Positions 1-11,464 of a stretch of 64,000 nucleotides of DNA are shown one piece after another. The notes under the pieces were generated by a model. It was not told where the DNA came from. It saw nothing but the letters and a program-made list of their open reading frames with translations, and made no database searches. Within the stretch, counting starts at the first letter, position 1, and the number at the start of each line of letters is the position of its first letter. The translations under genes and the position numbers were made by a program. Source of the stretch: Squalus acanthias (lineage: Eukaryota); contig CM059432.1 of NCBI GenBank assembly GCA_030390025.1, positions 87,856,001 through 87,920,000 of the forward strand, written 5' to 3'.

Positions 1-47
1 CACGCATGCACAGAGGGAGTCAAAAAGCCGTGCAAATAATCACTCCG

Positions 48-465
48 TTTTTTTTATTCGTTCATGGGATATAGGCATCGCTGGCAAGGCCAGCATTTAT
101 TATCCATTCCTAATTGCCCTTGAGAAGGTGGTGGTGAGCCACCTTCTTGAACCGCTGCAGTCCGTGTGGTAAAGATACTCCCACAGTGCTGTTAGGGATG
201 GAGTTCCAGGATTTTGACCCAACGACGCTGAAGGAACGGCGATATATTTCCAAGTCAGGATGGTGTGTGACTTGGAGGGGAACTTGGAGGTGATGGTGTT
301 CCCATGAGCCTGCTGCGCTTGTCCTTCTAGGTGGTAGAGGTTGCGGGTTTGGGAGGTGCCGTTGAAGAAGCTTTGACGAGTTGCTGCAGTGCATCTTGTA
401 GATGGTACACAGCTACGGTGTCTCGGTGGTGCAGGGAGAGAATGTTTAAGGTGGTAGATGGTGGT
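48..465 (-). mobile_element. 3' end of poly(A)-tailed LINE family B (CR1/L2-group non-LTR retrotransposon)
   Basis: Minus strand reads ...IYKMHCSNSSKLLQRHLPNP..., then AATAAA and an A-tail. The same sequence recurs at 9100-9450, 11465-11810, 35408-35940 and 47870-48300. Confidence 0.85.
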
Positions 466-852
466 CATTGAAACATTTCAGATTCTATGAACGATTGACA
501 GGGTAGATGCTGAGAGGTTGTTTCCCCTGGCTGGAGAATCCAGAACTAGGGGGCATAGTCTCAGGATAAGGAGTCAGCCATGTAAGACTGAGATGAGGAG
601 GAATTTCTTCACTCAGAGAGTTGTGAATCTTTGGAATTATCTAGCCCAAAGGGTTGGAGATGCTGAATCTTTGAGAATATTCAAGGCTGAGATAGATAGA
701 TTTTTGGACTCTAGGGGAATCAAGGGATATGAAGATCGGGCGGGAAAGTGGATTGAGGTCGTAGATCAACCATGATCTTATTGAATGATGGAGCAGGCTC
801 GAGGGGCCATATGACCTACTCCTGCTCTTAATTCTTATGTTCTTATGTTCTT
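466..852 (+). mobile_element. CR1 LINE 3' fragment
   Basis: Encodes FPLAGESRTRGHSLRIR...FFTQRVVNLWN (CR1 ORF2 C-terminus) and ends in a (TTCTTATG)n tail. Confidence 0.9.
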
Positions 853-854
853 AT

Positions 855-1280
855 TAGTCCTTAAGCACATGCCACGCCACTCCTGTAGACTTCAGGCAAT
901 TTTAAAGAAGTCTAGAAAGCACCAAACTTCTACAACTCAGCAACAGATATTAGAAATCAATCAGAAATGAACCTGTAAGTAGGTGATGATCCCTTTAAAA
1001 TAGCACTGATGGGGTCCTTCCTGATACTGAATGCATGTTCAGCTGTGCGAGGTTAAGAGAGAGCGTTAGCTCCAGTGTTGAGGTCAAAAATGGAGTGCTG
1101 GCCTCAAGATCTGCCTCCTCTGAATACATACGGCCCATGCTCCCAGCGTGGACGCTAACACCCTCACCAAAATGGTGCCTGGCACGGCCCGCACCAGAAG
1201 TGTGCGTGCACTGCTCGGATGCCATTTTCAGCATCCATAGCACCCAAACAACTGACACTGCTCAATCGATTTTCTAGCCC
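855..1280 (-). mobile_element. Harbinger terminal fragment (region upstream of transposase plus TIR)
   Basis: Homologous to 35130-36129 and 53990-54435 (GATGATCCCTTTAAA motif). Ends in ATTTTCTAGCCC, a variant of the TIR AATTTCTAGGCC. Confidence 0.7.
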
Positions 1281-1299
1281 TTTAACTCTGACATGTTTT

Positions 1300-1520
1300 T
1301 AGGTTGGGAGTTTGTAGTGTTGCATCCAGCTTTTCAGAAGTAGGTTCTTTGGCACCTTCACAGTAGCCCAGACGTTTTGACTGGTTCTGAAAAATATTAC
1401 ACATAACATTCTGTGACCTCGTAAGTGGTGCTGCACCCTTTCCAGCTGCCACAGATGTTCCTCTTCAATCTTTCCAGTTATCAAACTATAGTCAAAAGCT
1501 GACAGATTCCCTTTTTCAGC
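1300..1520 (-). mobile_element. Degenerate Gypsy-like reverse transcriptase fragment
   Basis: LITGKIEEEHLWQLERV resembles the DDILITG.T.EEHL..L..V segment of Ty3/Gypsy RT. Short and decayed. Confidence 0.4.
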
Positions 1521-1759
1521 CATTGTACTATTCAATATATTATTCTTTGGCTGATGGCATAGGTGCAGCCCATTCCATACTGGAGTGAATTATAACAATT
1601 ATGCATAATAATATAGTTAAGGCTCGTATCTATCATCTTATAGGATTTGTTGAAAGGTGTGCAAGAGCAACAACCTAATGGACTTTTGTCATCCTGCAGG
1701 TTTGGCAGCCAGGGTCAGACTTGGATACTGGCCCACTTCTAAGTATGGTAAGTGTATAA

Positions 1760-2666
1760 ACGTCGATTTTAACCTGAAGCAGACAATGGGCAGTCGGAGT
1801 GCACCCGTTGTGGGTGTGAAGCCTGAGCCATTTGAGGCCCAGGCCTCAGTTACCTGCCGCTGGGGAGTTGTGGGCACATGCTGCAGCTTGCTGCTTGTGG
1901 GTGGACAGGAAACCATCAGACTCCCACACTGAGCTGGCTGACAGTCAGACCCGGGGGTTGGGAGTCAATCCCGGGGGCCTCAGATGGGGTGGTAGCAGGA
2001 CGGAGTCTTTTGTGGGTCCAGGAGGAGTCACCAAAATAAATTAAACATCGCCTGGGCTGTTTATTGAGCGGCGTTTTCTGGGCCCTTTAAGGATAAACAG
2101 GCAGACCGTGCGTGGTGCATGCTCTACCCATTTGTACCTCAAAATTCCAACCAGAGCCCTATATATATCATAGGGACCCGATTTGCATATTGCAAGTGGC
2201 CTCCCATCTGAAACAGGCGGACGCTCCAACCACCCATCTCAGGACCCTAACCAAGATGGTGGCAGCTGGAGTGTCAGCATAATTAAAGTAGAGGTCATAG
2301 TTTCAGAATAAGAGGTCGGCCTTTTAGGACTGAGATCAGGAGAAATTTCTTCACTCAGAGGGTTGTGAATCCTTGGAATTCTCTGCCCCAGAGGGCTGTG
2401 GATGCTCAGTCGATGCGTATATACAAGGCTGAGATCAATAGATTTTTGGACTCTAGGGGAATCAAGGGATATGGGGATAGGGCGGGAAAGTGGAGTTAGT
2501 GTAGAAGTTCAGCCATGATCTTATTTGAATGGCGGAGCAGGCTGAATGGCTCCTGGCCTACTCCTGCTCCTAATTCTTATGTTCTTATAAGCGGTAAGTG
2601 ACCCAACACCACTATCAGGCCATTACTGCCCCACTTATGCCAAGCGGAGTGAGTTAAAATCGGCCC
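1760..2666. mobile_element. Harbinger-type MITE interrupted by a CR1 3' fragment
   Basis: Inverted termini GTCGATTTTAAC / GTTAAAATCGGCCC. Internal motifs resemble other MITEs in the window. Confidence 0.5.
2285..2588 (+). mobile_element. CR1 LINE 3' fragment
   Basis: Near-identical to 550-852, with a (TTCTTATG) tail. Confidence 0.9.
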
Positions 2667-3454
2667 TACAGTCTCCACAGATAGGCACAGTACCATCTGA
2701 TTTTGTTTCTTATGTAGGGCCTCAGAATGTCATGGAAAAGGTGTGGTACCGTGTGATATTACAGAAAGCTACATGCAATTTAAAAAAAAATGTGGTTAAT
2801 TATTAACAGCCATGTAAACACTGCCGGTGATTTTATTACTTCCACATTCACATCTGCCCTCTCCACCTGAACTATTGTTTGTTGCTATGGAAGCAAAAGC
2901 AGATGGACTAGGATGACAAGGACGAGTGGCACAAAGAGGTCACCACTCAGCATCAGAACTCACTCTCCGGCAGCTCGTCAACCGATTCACATCCAGTTGG
3001 CTGTGATCTCAATGGATCCCGTTAGGCCTTAATTAGTTCCAGTTTCTTCCAGTTCTTATAAGCTGTTAGGATTTCTTTAAAATATAAATAACTTGGTTAT
3101 TGTAACTGATGTCTCAGAATGCTTGACCGTGCAATCAATAAGAAACATTAGAATGTGTAAATTGCTGACCCACTTAGTTTCTAATCTGAAAGTTAAGAGG
3201 ATTTGAAATTAACTGATTATTCAAAGGATTGTTGAAGGAGTTTTTATGGTGACGGAAATATTCCTGTGCGAGGTTCCTTCAATATTTCCCTTTAATACTA
3301 CACCAGGTTTCAAAATAACTACTTCTTTTGTTAATTTGATTTGTCCACCATGATAAATTCATACAATTACCCATTTTTATTTCATTGTAATTGCAAGCAA
3401 TTTCATTACCTTATTTGACATTGCAATAATCTGCCAATTAAAGATATGTAACTA

Positions 3455-4021
3455 CAGGAAACTCTCTTTTAACCGGCACCTAAATATCCGGAAATCTCTC
3501 TTAACCGGCAAAATTCAGGAGTAGGTTCAGGTAAGTTTTACTATACAGTATATTAGTGGCCGTGTGGCTTTGCTCGCCTCAGAATACTGATTTGTCCCGT
3601 TTTGGGGGTACAGTGATCAGAATGGCAACCCCCCTCCTCTTAGAGTGTTTCTATCATTTATATTTGATGGAATATTTGAATTTCAATGGGTCTCCACGGA
3701 AAAGACAATACCCCGATTCTGACCTTTCGCCCCCACGAAAGGGGGGTCAATGTTCTTCCGACTCGGACCTGTCACCGCCACGGAGGAAGAAGCCGGAGTC
3801 TCGCGATTCGGAACACAGGCCTGGCTCGGGGAGCTCAGACCCATCGCCCCCTCGGCAGAGGCTGCCCTCCCGTAAGCCGGCTCCCTCAGGATATAGGCAG
3901 GCGCATGTCAGTGTGTACGGGGCTCTCGTACATTGGGAGATATAACTCATCCGTTATCCGGATTTTTGATTAACTGGCACCATGCCGGTCCCGTCGGTGC
4001 CGGTTAATAAAGAGTTTCCTG
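3455..4021. mobile_element. Non-autonomous Tc1/mariner (pogo/Tigger-type) TIR element carrying a captured host exon (Pack-TIR)
   Basis: 26-bp TIRs CAGGAAACTCT(C/T)T(T/A)TTAACCGGCACC (24/26 identical). TA on both flanks (3453-3454, 4022-4023). Subterminal TTAACCGG/TTATCCGG repeats. Confidence 0.9.
3688..3900 (+). pseudogene. BUD13: Captured BUD13-like exon fragment (RES-complex splicing factor, DSDLSPPR repeat region)
   Basis: Open frame GSPRKRQYPDSDLSPPRKGGQCSSDSDLSPPRRKK...GSSDPSPPRQR. Repeated (S)DSDLSPPR motifs are characteristic of vertebrate BUD13. The two DSDLSPPR copies differ only at third codon positions. Confidence 0.7.
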
Positions 4022-4764
4022 TAGTATGTAAAAAAATAACACTTCTAATATTCTGCTAGGACCACCATTTAAAATTTGAGTGGGCTGAGCATTCACACAT
4101 GCTGGCAGCCTGATCCTGTTTTCTAACAAAGCACTGGACAGTGATAAATGCTGCATGCTCACCATTTCACTTTTAACTCGGACCTAGTAATTATGTGGGG
4201 GTGGGGTGGGGTGGGGGGGCTGCTGATTAAGATAATTATTATCTTGTGCAGGTTAGAGTAGTCCATGACAGGATTACTTACAATCAGCATTCTCTGTCAC
4301 AGTTCACTTGTGTCCTATGGCATTGCTCATGGGAAGTTAGAAAATATGTTGCTTGATAAGGACAGGAGGATTAGATGGTATATTGGAGATTGAGATAAAA
4401 TTGTACGTGAGAAGGTTATTATATAGTTGGAGAGGTTTGGAAAAAAAGGAAATAAGTATAAAAGTACATTAATGCAGAATATATAAATATATAAATGTTA
4501 TAATAAAAAGTATTAATATATGTAATGCATATATAGTGCACATATATGTGAAACAAACTATTGAGCATTATTTGTATGTAGTATTTTGTATATAAATCAT
4601 ATAATACAAATATTAAAAACGTTTTATAATTTTATGTCCATTTCTCTGGTGACTGTTGGAGGGGGTAAATTGGGGAGTTAGGCTTTAGTGATAGGCTTAA
4701 GGGGAACTATAAAATGTATGGGGAAGAGCGAGACAGAAACAGTTGGAGGACTTGGGGACTTCTG

Positions 4765-6674
4765 GGGACATCTGGGGACTTGTGCCAAAATTGGGAGAGC
4801 TGTCCCACAGACTAGTCAAGCAACAGCCTGACATCATCATACTCACAGAATCATACCTTTCAGACAATGTCCCAAACTCCTCCATCACCATCCCTGGGTC
4901 TGTCCTGTCCCACCAGCAGGACAGACCCACCAGGGGTGGTGGCACAGTGGTATACAGTTGGGAAGGAGTGGCCCTGGGAGTCCTCAACATTGACTCCGGA
5001 CCCCATGAAGTCTCATGGCTTCAGGTCAAGCATGGGTAAGGAAACCTCCTGCTGATTACCACCTACCGCCCTCCCTCAGCTGATGAATCAGTACTCCTCC
5101 ATGTTGAACACCATTTGGAAGAAGCGCAGAATGTACTCTGGGTGGGGGACTTCAATGTCCATCACCAAGAGTGGCTCGGTAGTACCCCTACTGACCGCGC
5201 TGGCCATGTCCTGAAGACATAACTGCCAGTCTGGGCCTGCGACAGGTGGTGAGAGAACCAACATGAGGGAAAAACCTACTTGACCTCGTTCTCACCAATC
5301 TACCTGTCGCAGATGCATCTGTCCATGACAGCATTAGTAGGAGTGACCACCGCACAGCCATTGTGGAGATGAAGTCCCGTCTTCAAACTGAGGACACCCT
5401 CCATCGTGTTGTGTGGCACTACCACCGTGCTAAATGGGATAGACTCAGAACAGATCTAGCAGCTGAAAACTGGGCATCCATGAGGTGCTGTGGGCCATCA
5501 GCAGCAGCAGAATTGTATTCCACCACAATCTGTAAACTCATGGCCTGGCATATTCCACACTCTACCATTACCATCCAGCCAGGGGACCAACCCTGGTTCA
5601 ATAAGGAGTGCAGAAGAGCATGACAGGAGCAGCACCAGGCGTACCTAAAAATGAAGTGCCAACCTGGGGAAGCTGCAACACAGGACTACATGCATGCTAA
5701 AAAGTGGAAGCAGCATGCTATAGACAGGACTAAACGATCCCACAATCAACGGATCAGATCAAATCTCTGCAGTCATACCACATCCTGTCGTGAATGGTGG
5801 TGGACCATTAAACAACTAATGGGAGGAGGAGGCTCCATGAATATCCCCATCCTCAATGATGGTGGAGCCCAGCACGTGAGTGCAAAAGACAAGGCTGAAG
5901 TGTTTGCAACCATCTTCAGCCAGAAGTGCCGAGTGGATGATCCATATCGGCCTACTCCCCAGGTCCCCACCATCACAGAAGCCAGTCTTTAGCCAATTCG
6001 ATTCACTCCACGTGATATCAAGAAACGGCTGAGCACACTGGATACAGCAAAGGCTATGGGCCCCGACAACATCCCGGCTATCGTGCTGAAGACTTGTGCT
6101 ACAGAACTAGCCGTGCCTCTAGCCAAGCTGTTCCAGTACAGCTACAACACTGGCGTCTACCCCGACAATGTGGAAAACTGCCCAGGTATGTCCTGTCCAC
6201 AAAAATCAGGACAAATCCAATATGGCCAATTACCGCCCCATCAGTCTACTCTCAATCATCAGCAAACTGATGGAAGGTGTCATCGACAGTGCTATCAAGC
6301 AGCACTTACTCACCAATAACCTGCTCACTGATGCCCAGTTTGGGTTCCGCCAAGACCACTCGGCTCCAGACCTCATTACAGCCTTGGTCCAAACATGGAC
6401 AAAGGAGCTGAATTCCAGTGGTGAGGTGAGAGTAACTGCACTTGATATCAAGGCAGCATTTGAACAAATGTGGCATCAAGTAGCCCTAGTAAAACTGAAG
6501 TCAATGGGAATCAGGGGGAAAACGCTCCACTGGCTGGAGTCATACCTAGCACAAAGGAAGATGGTTGTGGTGGTTGAAGGTTGAAGGTCAATCATCACAG
6601 CCCCAGGACATCGCTGCAAGGGTTCATCAGGGCAGTGTCCTAGGCTTCAGCTGCTTCATCAATGACATTCCCTC
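4765..6674 (+). mobile_element. LINE family B, 5' part (APE endonuclease plus RT, frameshifted)
   Basis: IWGLVPKLGEL...PDIIILTESYL...DRPTRGGG...GDFN (APE domain); GPDNIP...YRPISLLS...QFGFR...LDIKAAF...QGSVLG (RT domain). Contains stops and frameshifts. Confidence 0.9.
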
Positions 6675-8558
6675 CAACATAAAAGCAGATTGTAAAAGCT
6701 TCTACAAGTATGTAAAAAGAAAAAGATTAGTTAAGACAAATGTAGGTCCCTTATAGTCAGAAATGGGAGAATTTATAATGGGGAACAAGGAAATGGCAGA
6801 GCAATTAAACAAATATTTTGGTTCTGTCTTCATGGAAGAGGACACAAATAACTTCCCAGAAATGTTAGGGAACCAAGGGTCTAGTAAGAAGGAAGAATTA
6901 AAGGAAATTAGTATTAGTAAAAAAATAGTGCTGGTGAAATTAATGGGACTGAAAGCTGATAAATCCCCAGGGCCTGATAATATGCATCCCAGAGTACTAA
7001 AAGAGGTAGCCATGGAAAGAGTGGATGCACTGGTTGTCATCTTCCAAATTCTATAGATTATGGAACAGTTCCTGCAGATTGGAGGGTGGTAAATGTAATC
7101 CCCATTATTTAAAAAAGGAGGGAGAGAAAACAGGGAAATACAGTCCGGTTAGCCGAATATCAGTAGTAGGGAAAATGCTAGAGTATTATAAAGGATGTGA
7201 TAACAGGACACTTAGAAAATATCAATGGGATTAGACAACATCAACATGGATTTATGAAAAGGAAATTGTGTTTGACAAACCTACTGGAGTTTTTTGAGGA
7301 TGTCACTGGTAGAATAGATAAGGGAGAACCAGTGGATGTGGTGTATTTGGATTTTCAGAAGGCCTTTGATAAAGTCCCATATAAGAGGTTAGTGTGCAAA
7401 ATTAATGCACATGGGATTGGGGGTAATATACTGACATGGATTGAAAATTGGTTAACAGACAGGAAACAGAGAGTAGGAATAAATGGGTCTTTTTTGGGGT
7501 GGCAGGCGGTGACTCGTGGGGTACCACAGGGATCAGTGCTTGGGCCCCAGCTATTCACAATATATATCAATGATTTGGATGAGGGAACCAAATGTAATAT
7601 TTCCAAGTTTGCTGATGACATGAAACTAGGTGGGATTGTGAGTTGTGAGGAGGATGCAAAGAGGCTTTAAGGCAATTTAGACAAGTTGAGTGAGTGGGCA
7701 AATACATGGCAGATGCAGTATAACGTGGATAAATGTGAAGTTATCCACTTCGGTAGGAAAAACAGAAAGGTAGAGTACTATTTAAATGGTGCTAGATTGG
7801 GAAATGCTGATGTACAAAGGGACCTGGGTGTCCCTGTAAACCAGTCACTGAAAGCAAACATGCAGGTGCAGCAAGCAGTTAGGAAGGCAAATGGTATGTT
7901 GGCCTTCATTGCAAGAGGATTTGAGTACAGGAAGCAAGGATGTCTTACTACAGTTATACAGAGCCTTGGTGAGACCACACCTGGAGTAGTGTGCACAATT
8001 TTGGTCTCCTTACCTAAGAAAGGATATACTTGCCACAGAGGGAGTGCAGCGAAGGTTCACCAGACTGATTCCTGGGCTGGCAGGACTGTCGTATGAGGAG
8101 AGATTGGGTCGACTAGGCCTGTACTCATTAGAGTTTAGAAGAGTGAGAGGGGATCTCGTTGTAATGTATAAAATTCTGACAGGGCTAGACAGACTGGATG
8201 CAGGGAGGATGTTTCCCCTGGCTTGGGGGGGGGGGGGGGGGGTCTAGAATGAGGGGGTCACAGTCTCAGGATATGGGGTAGGACATTTAGGACTGAGATG
8301 AGGAGAAATTTCTTCACTCAGTGGGTGGTGAACCTATGGAATTCTCGACCACAGAAGGCTGTGGAGGCCAAGTCACTGAATATAATTAAGAAGGAGATAG
8401 ATAGATTTCTAGACACAACAGGCATCAAGGGGTATGGGGAGAGAGCGGGAATATGGTATTGAGATAGAGGATCAGCCATGATCATATTGCATGGCGGAGC
8501 AGGCTCGAAGGGCCGAATGGCCGACTCCTGCTCCTATTTTTCTATGTTTCTATGTTTC
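6675..8558 (+). mobile_element. 5'-truncated CR1 LINE nested in LINE family B
   Basis: RT motifs QHGFMK, YLDFQKAFDKV, GVPQGSVLGP, KFADD; (TTTCTATG)n tail; multiple stops. Confidence 0.95.
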
Positions 8559-9450
8559 TATAAGGTCAGAAATGGGGATGTTCACTGATGACTGCACAGT
8601 GTTCAGCACCATTCACAACTCCTCAGATAATGAAGCAGTCCATGCCCGCATGCAACAAGACCTGGACGACGTTCAGGCTTGGGCTGATAAGTGGCAGGTA
8701 ACATTCGCGCCACAGATGTGCCAGGCAATGACTATCTCCAACAAGCGAGAGTCTAACCACCACCCCTTGACATTCAACGGCTTTACCATCACCGAATCCC
8801 CCACCATCAACATCCTGGGGGTCACCATTCACCAGAAACTGAACTGGACCAGCCACATAAATACTGTGGCAACAAGAGCAGGTCAGAGGCTAGGTATTCT
8901 GCAGCGAGTGTCTCACCTTCTGACTCCCCAAAGCCTTTCTACCATCTACAAGGCACAAGTAAGGAGTGTGATGAAATACTCTCCACTTGCCTGGATGAGT
9001 GCAGCTCCAACAGCACTCAAGAAGCTTGACACCATCCAGGACAAAGCAGCCCATTTGATTGCCACCCGATCCACCACCTTAAACATTCACTCCCTCCACT
9101 ACCGGCGTACCGTGGCTGCAGTGTGTACCATCTACAAGATGCATTGCAGCAACTCGCCAAGGCTTCTTCGGCAGCACCTCCCAAACCCGCGACCTCTTCC
9201 ACCTCCTCCAAGTTCCCCTCCAAGTCACACACCATTCTGACTTAGAAGTATATCGCCGATACTTCATTATCGCTGGGTTAAAATCCTGGAACTCCCTCCC
9301 TAACAGCACTGTGGGAGTACCTTCACCACACGGACTGCAGCGGTTCAAGAAGGCGACTCACTACCACCTTCTCAAGGGCAACTAGGGATGTGCAATAAAT
9401 GCTGGCTTTCCCAGTGACGCTCAGATCCCATAAGCGAATAAAAGAAAAGA
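8559..9450 (+). mobile_element. LINE family B, 3' part (continuation of 4765-6674)
   Basis: Resumes at IRSEMGMFTDD, directly after CFINDIPS at 6650-6675. Ends AATAAA...A-rich tail. Confidence 0.9.
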
Positions 9451-9469
9451 TTTGTACTGGTGAGTGTAA

Positions 9470-10800
9470 AATGGCTTGAGCAAGGAACAGTATAACCAGG
9501 CCCATGCAACTATCTGTATTGTGATTGAGCACACCATTGGAATGCTGAAGGGTCAATTTACTGGTCTTTTCAGTACATCATGAGTAGTCTTCCAATTTAT
9601 GACTGCGTGCTGCATATTGTACAATTACGTCCTGCAGAAAGGCCTAGTAATAGAATTCCCAGAGGAGGAAGGCACACCAAGCCATGGGGCCACATTTTGC
9701 AGAGGAACAACATCAGTCGGAAGAAGAGACAGAAGATCCACCATTACCTGCTGCAAGAGACGTTTGCACCCAAATCATCAAAAACACCTTCTTTTAACAC
9801 TGAGTGAAGGCAAACGCCCAACCTTGTGATTGACTGCAGTCCACCAACCTTTGTCTACTCTTACATGCTCCTACTCCACAGAATCCTGCATACCATCCCC
9901 ATCTGAACAGTCACATAAATATCATCAAATGACAGGTCAGACATTCCAGCAGCTAAGGACAGTGCTTATAATCAGTTCACCTTCACTCTCGAGAAAACTA
10001 TTTATTTGCAGCACAGGCTTACATCATTATGACTATTAGTTACAAACACCGTGCTTCCCCTTGGTGCCCCTGTGTGATGTCCTCAGGTTTAATCTACCGC
10101 GCCTTCTAGGTGCTACCTGAGTGCCAGGGGTGCGGGAGATGGCCGGCTGCAAATTGTGACTATGAGCCTATTCGGACTAAGGTTGCCCTAATCTGAAGGG
10201 CAGTTGAGTTGTCAGATGGACCTGCTGCAGACTGCATCTTTGTTGCTGTTACCAGGGCAGCCTATTTCTGCTGGCCGAGACCATGCATATGCAGGCATCT
10301 GAAGGATCTGGAGGAGGCCATGCTTGTGCTGCTACCATGAGGGGCAGTGGCTTCATGTGTGTGAACTCCTCCTATGTCACTGCTACTGGATCTTGGTTCC
10401 AGCTGAAAACTGATCAGTGAGAAGGCTGACTCAATGGTTGCTGAGAGTTCTTGGAAATCCAGAGGGATGCTGGTCTCGATCCTGACCCCAAGGGCTACAA
10501 GTATGGCGCTCAGCAGTCTCTCTAATTCGTTCCCCAAGAGCTCCAGGACTGGACTGCAGTCTGTGCATCTATGTTGGAGTGGGACTCTGAACTGGTGGGA
10601 GGGAATGTTACATTCACTCATGGAGCTGCCACATGTTCCAGGCACACTGCAGCAATGACAAGCCTTTTCTGACGGTGCTGCGAAGGATGGTATTAGACTC
10701 CACCATTGCCCCTGCCATCTGCTACATGTCCTCTGAGTTAATCCTTGGTGTGTGGATTCTGCTGCCCCTTTAAGAGCGGCATTTTAAATGATTTTAAATT
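9470..10800. mobile_element. Degraded Harbinger remnant (transposase 3' part on +, Myb-gene remnants on -)
   Basis: Fragments resembling ...IEHTIG.LK... and CCILYN on +. Minus-strand pieces resemble the Myb-gene region of the intact elements. Convergent layout. Confidence 0.5.
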
Positions 10801-11464
10801 CTCCAGCTGTGCCCACGCTCTGCCCCCTCCTCCTTCAGGGTAAACAGCCATTGGCAGGAAAGAGCTACACACCCAGTTCACCCAACAAATATGCTGAATC
10901 CGGAAATTGGGATGGGGTCAGTGAAACAAATCACAGGCAGTTGGAAGTCCAACCCATCAAAACATACAGCAGCAGAGTAGGACCACAGGAATTCCAGGGC
11001 TCCTGTCTGGACAAATCTTATCTATCTGTAGTTTAACCAAATCCTGGATTAAAGTGAAGTGATTGTATAACACATTTCTTGGACTCTTGATTTAAAGATT
11101 TCTCTGGCTCCACTTTGTCTGGTTAATAGTCTGTTCTTTATTTCACTCATTCCAAAGCAGGACAATTCTGACTGTTGGATCATACTCGAGAAAAAGACCC
11201 AAAGAGGCTTTCTGCCCTGTGAGGTTTGTTGACAGAAAGAAGATAGTAGGAATGTTTACTACTCAACAAGTGAAAGTGAAGAACACAGAGATTTATTACT
11301 AGACTTAAAGATGGCTGCTCCAAATTGACTAAAAATGTTCACTCGCAGTTATCTGACCAGATGTTTGAGACCCAGAAGGAACAAAGTGGAGAATGAATTA
11401 TGGCTATAATTTATATCAGTAAAGTACCAAACATGTAAAGTTACAAATGACATCCTCTGTGACT

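Noticed and set aside
3556..3945. Stand-alone 129-aa gene
   Set aside because: It starts at GTG, its N-terminal third is non-coding-like, and it lies wholly within TIRs. Only 3688-3900 looks coding.
4440..4640. AT-rich stretch as a regulatory or origin element
   Set aside because: Low-complexity TA-rich sequence with no definable structure.
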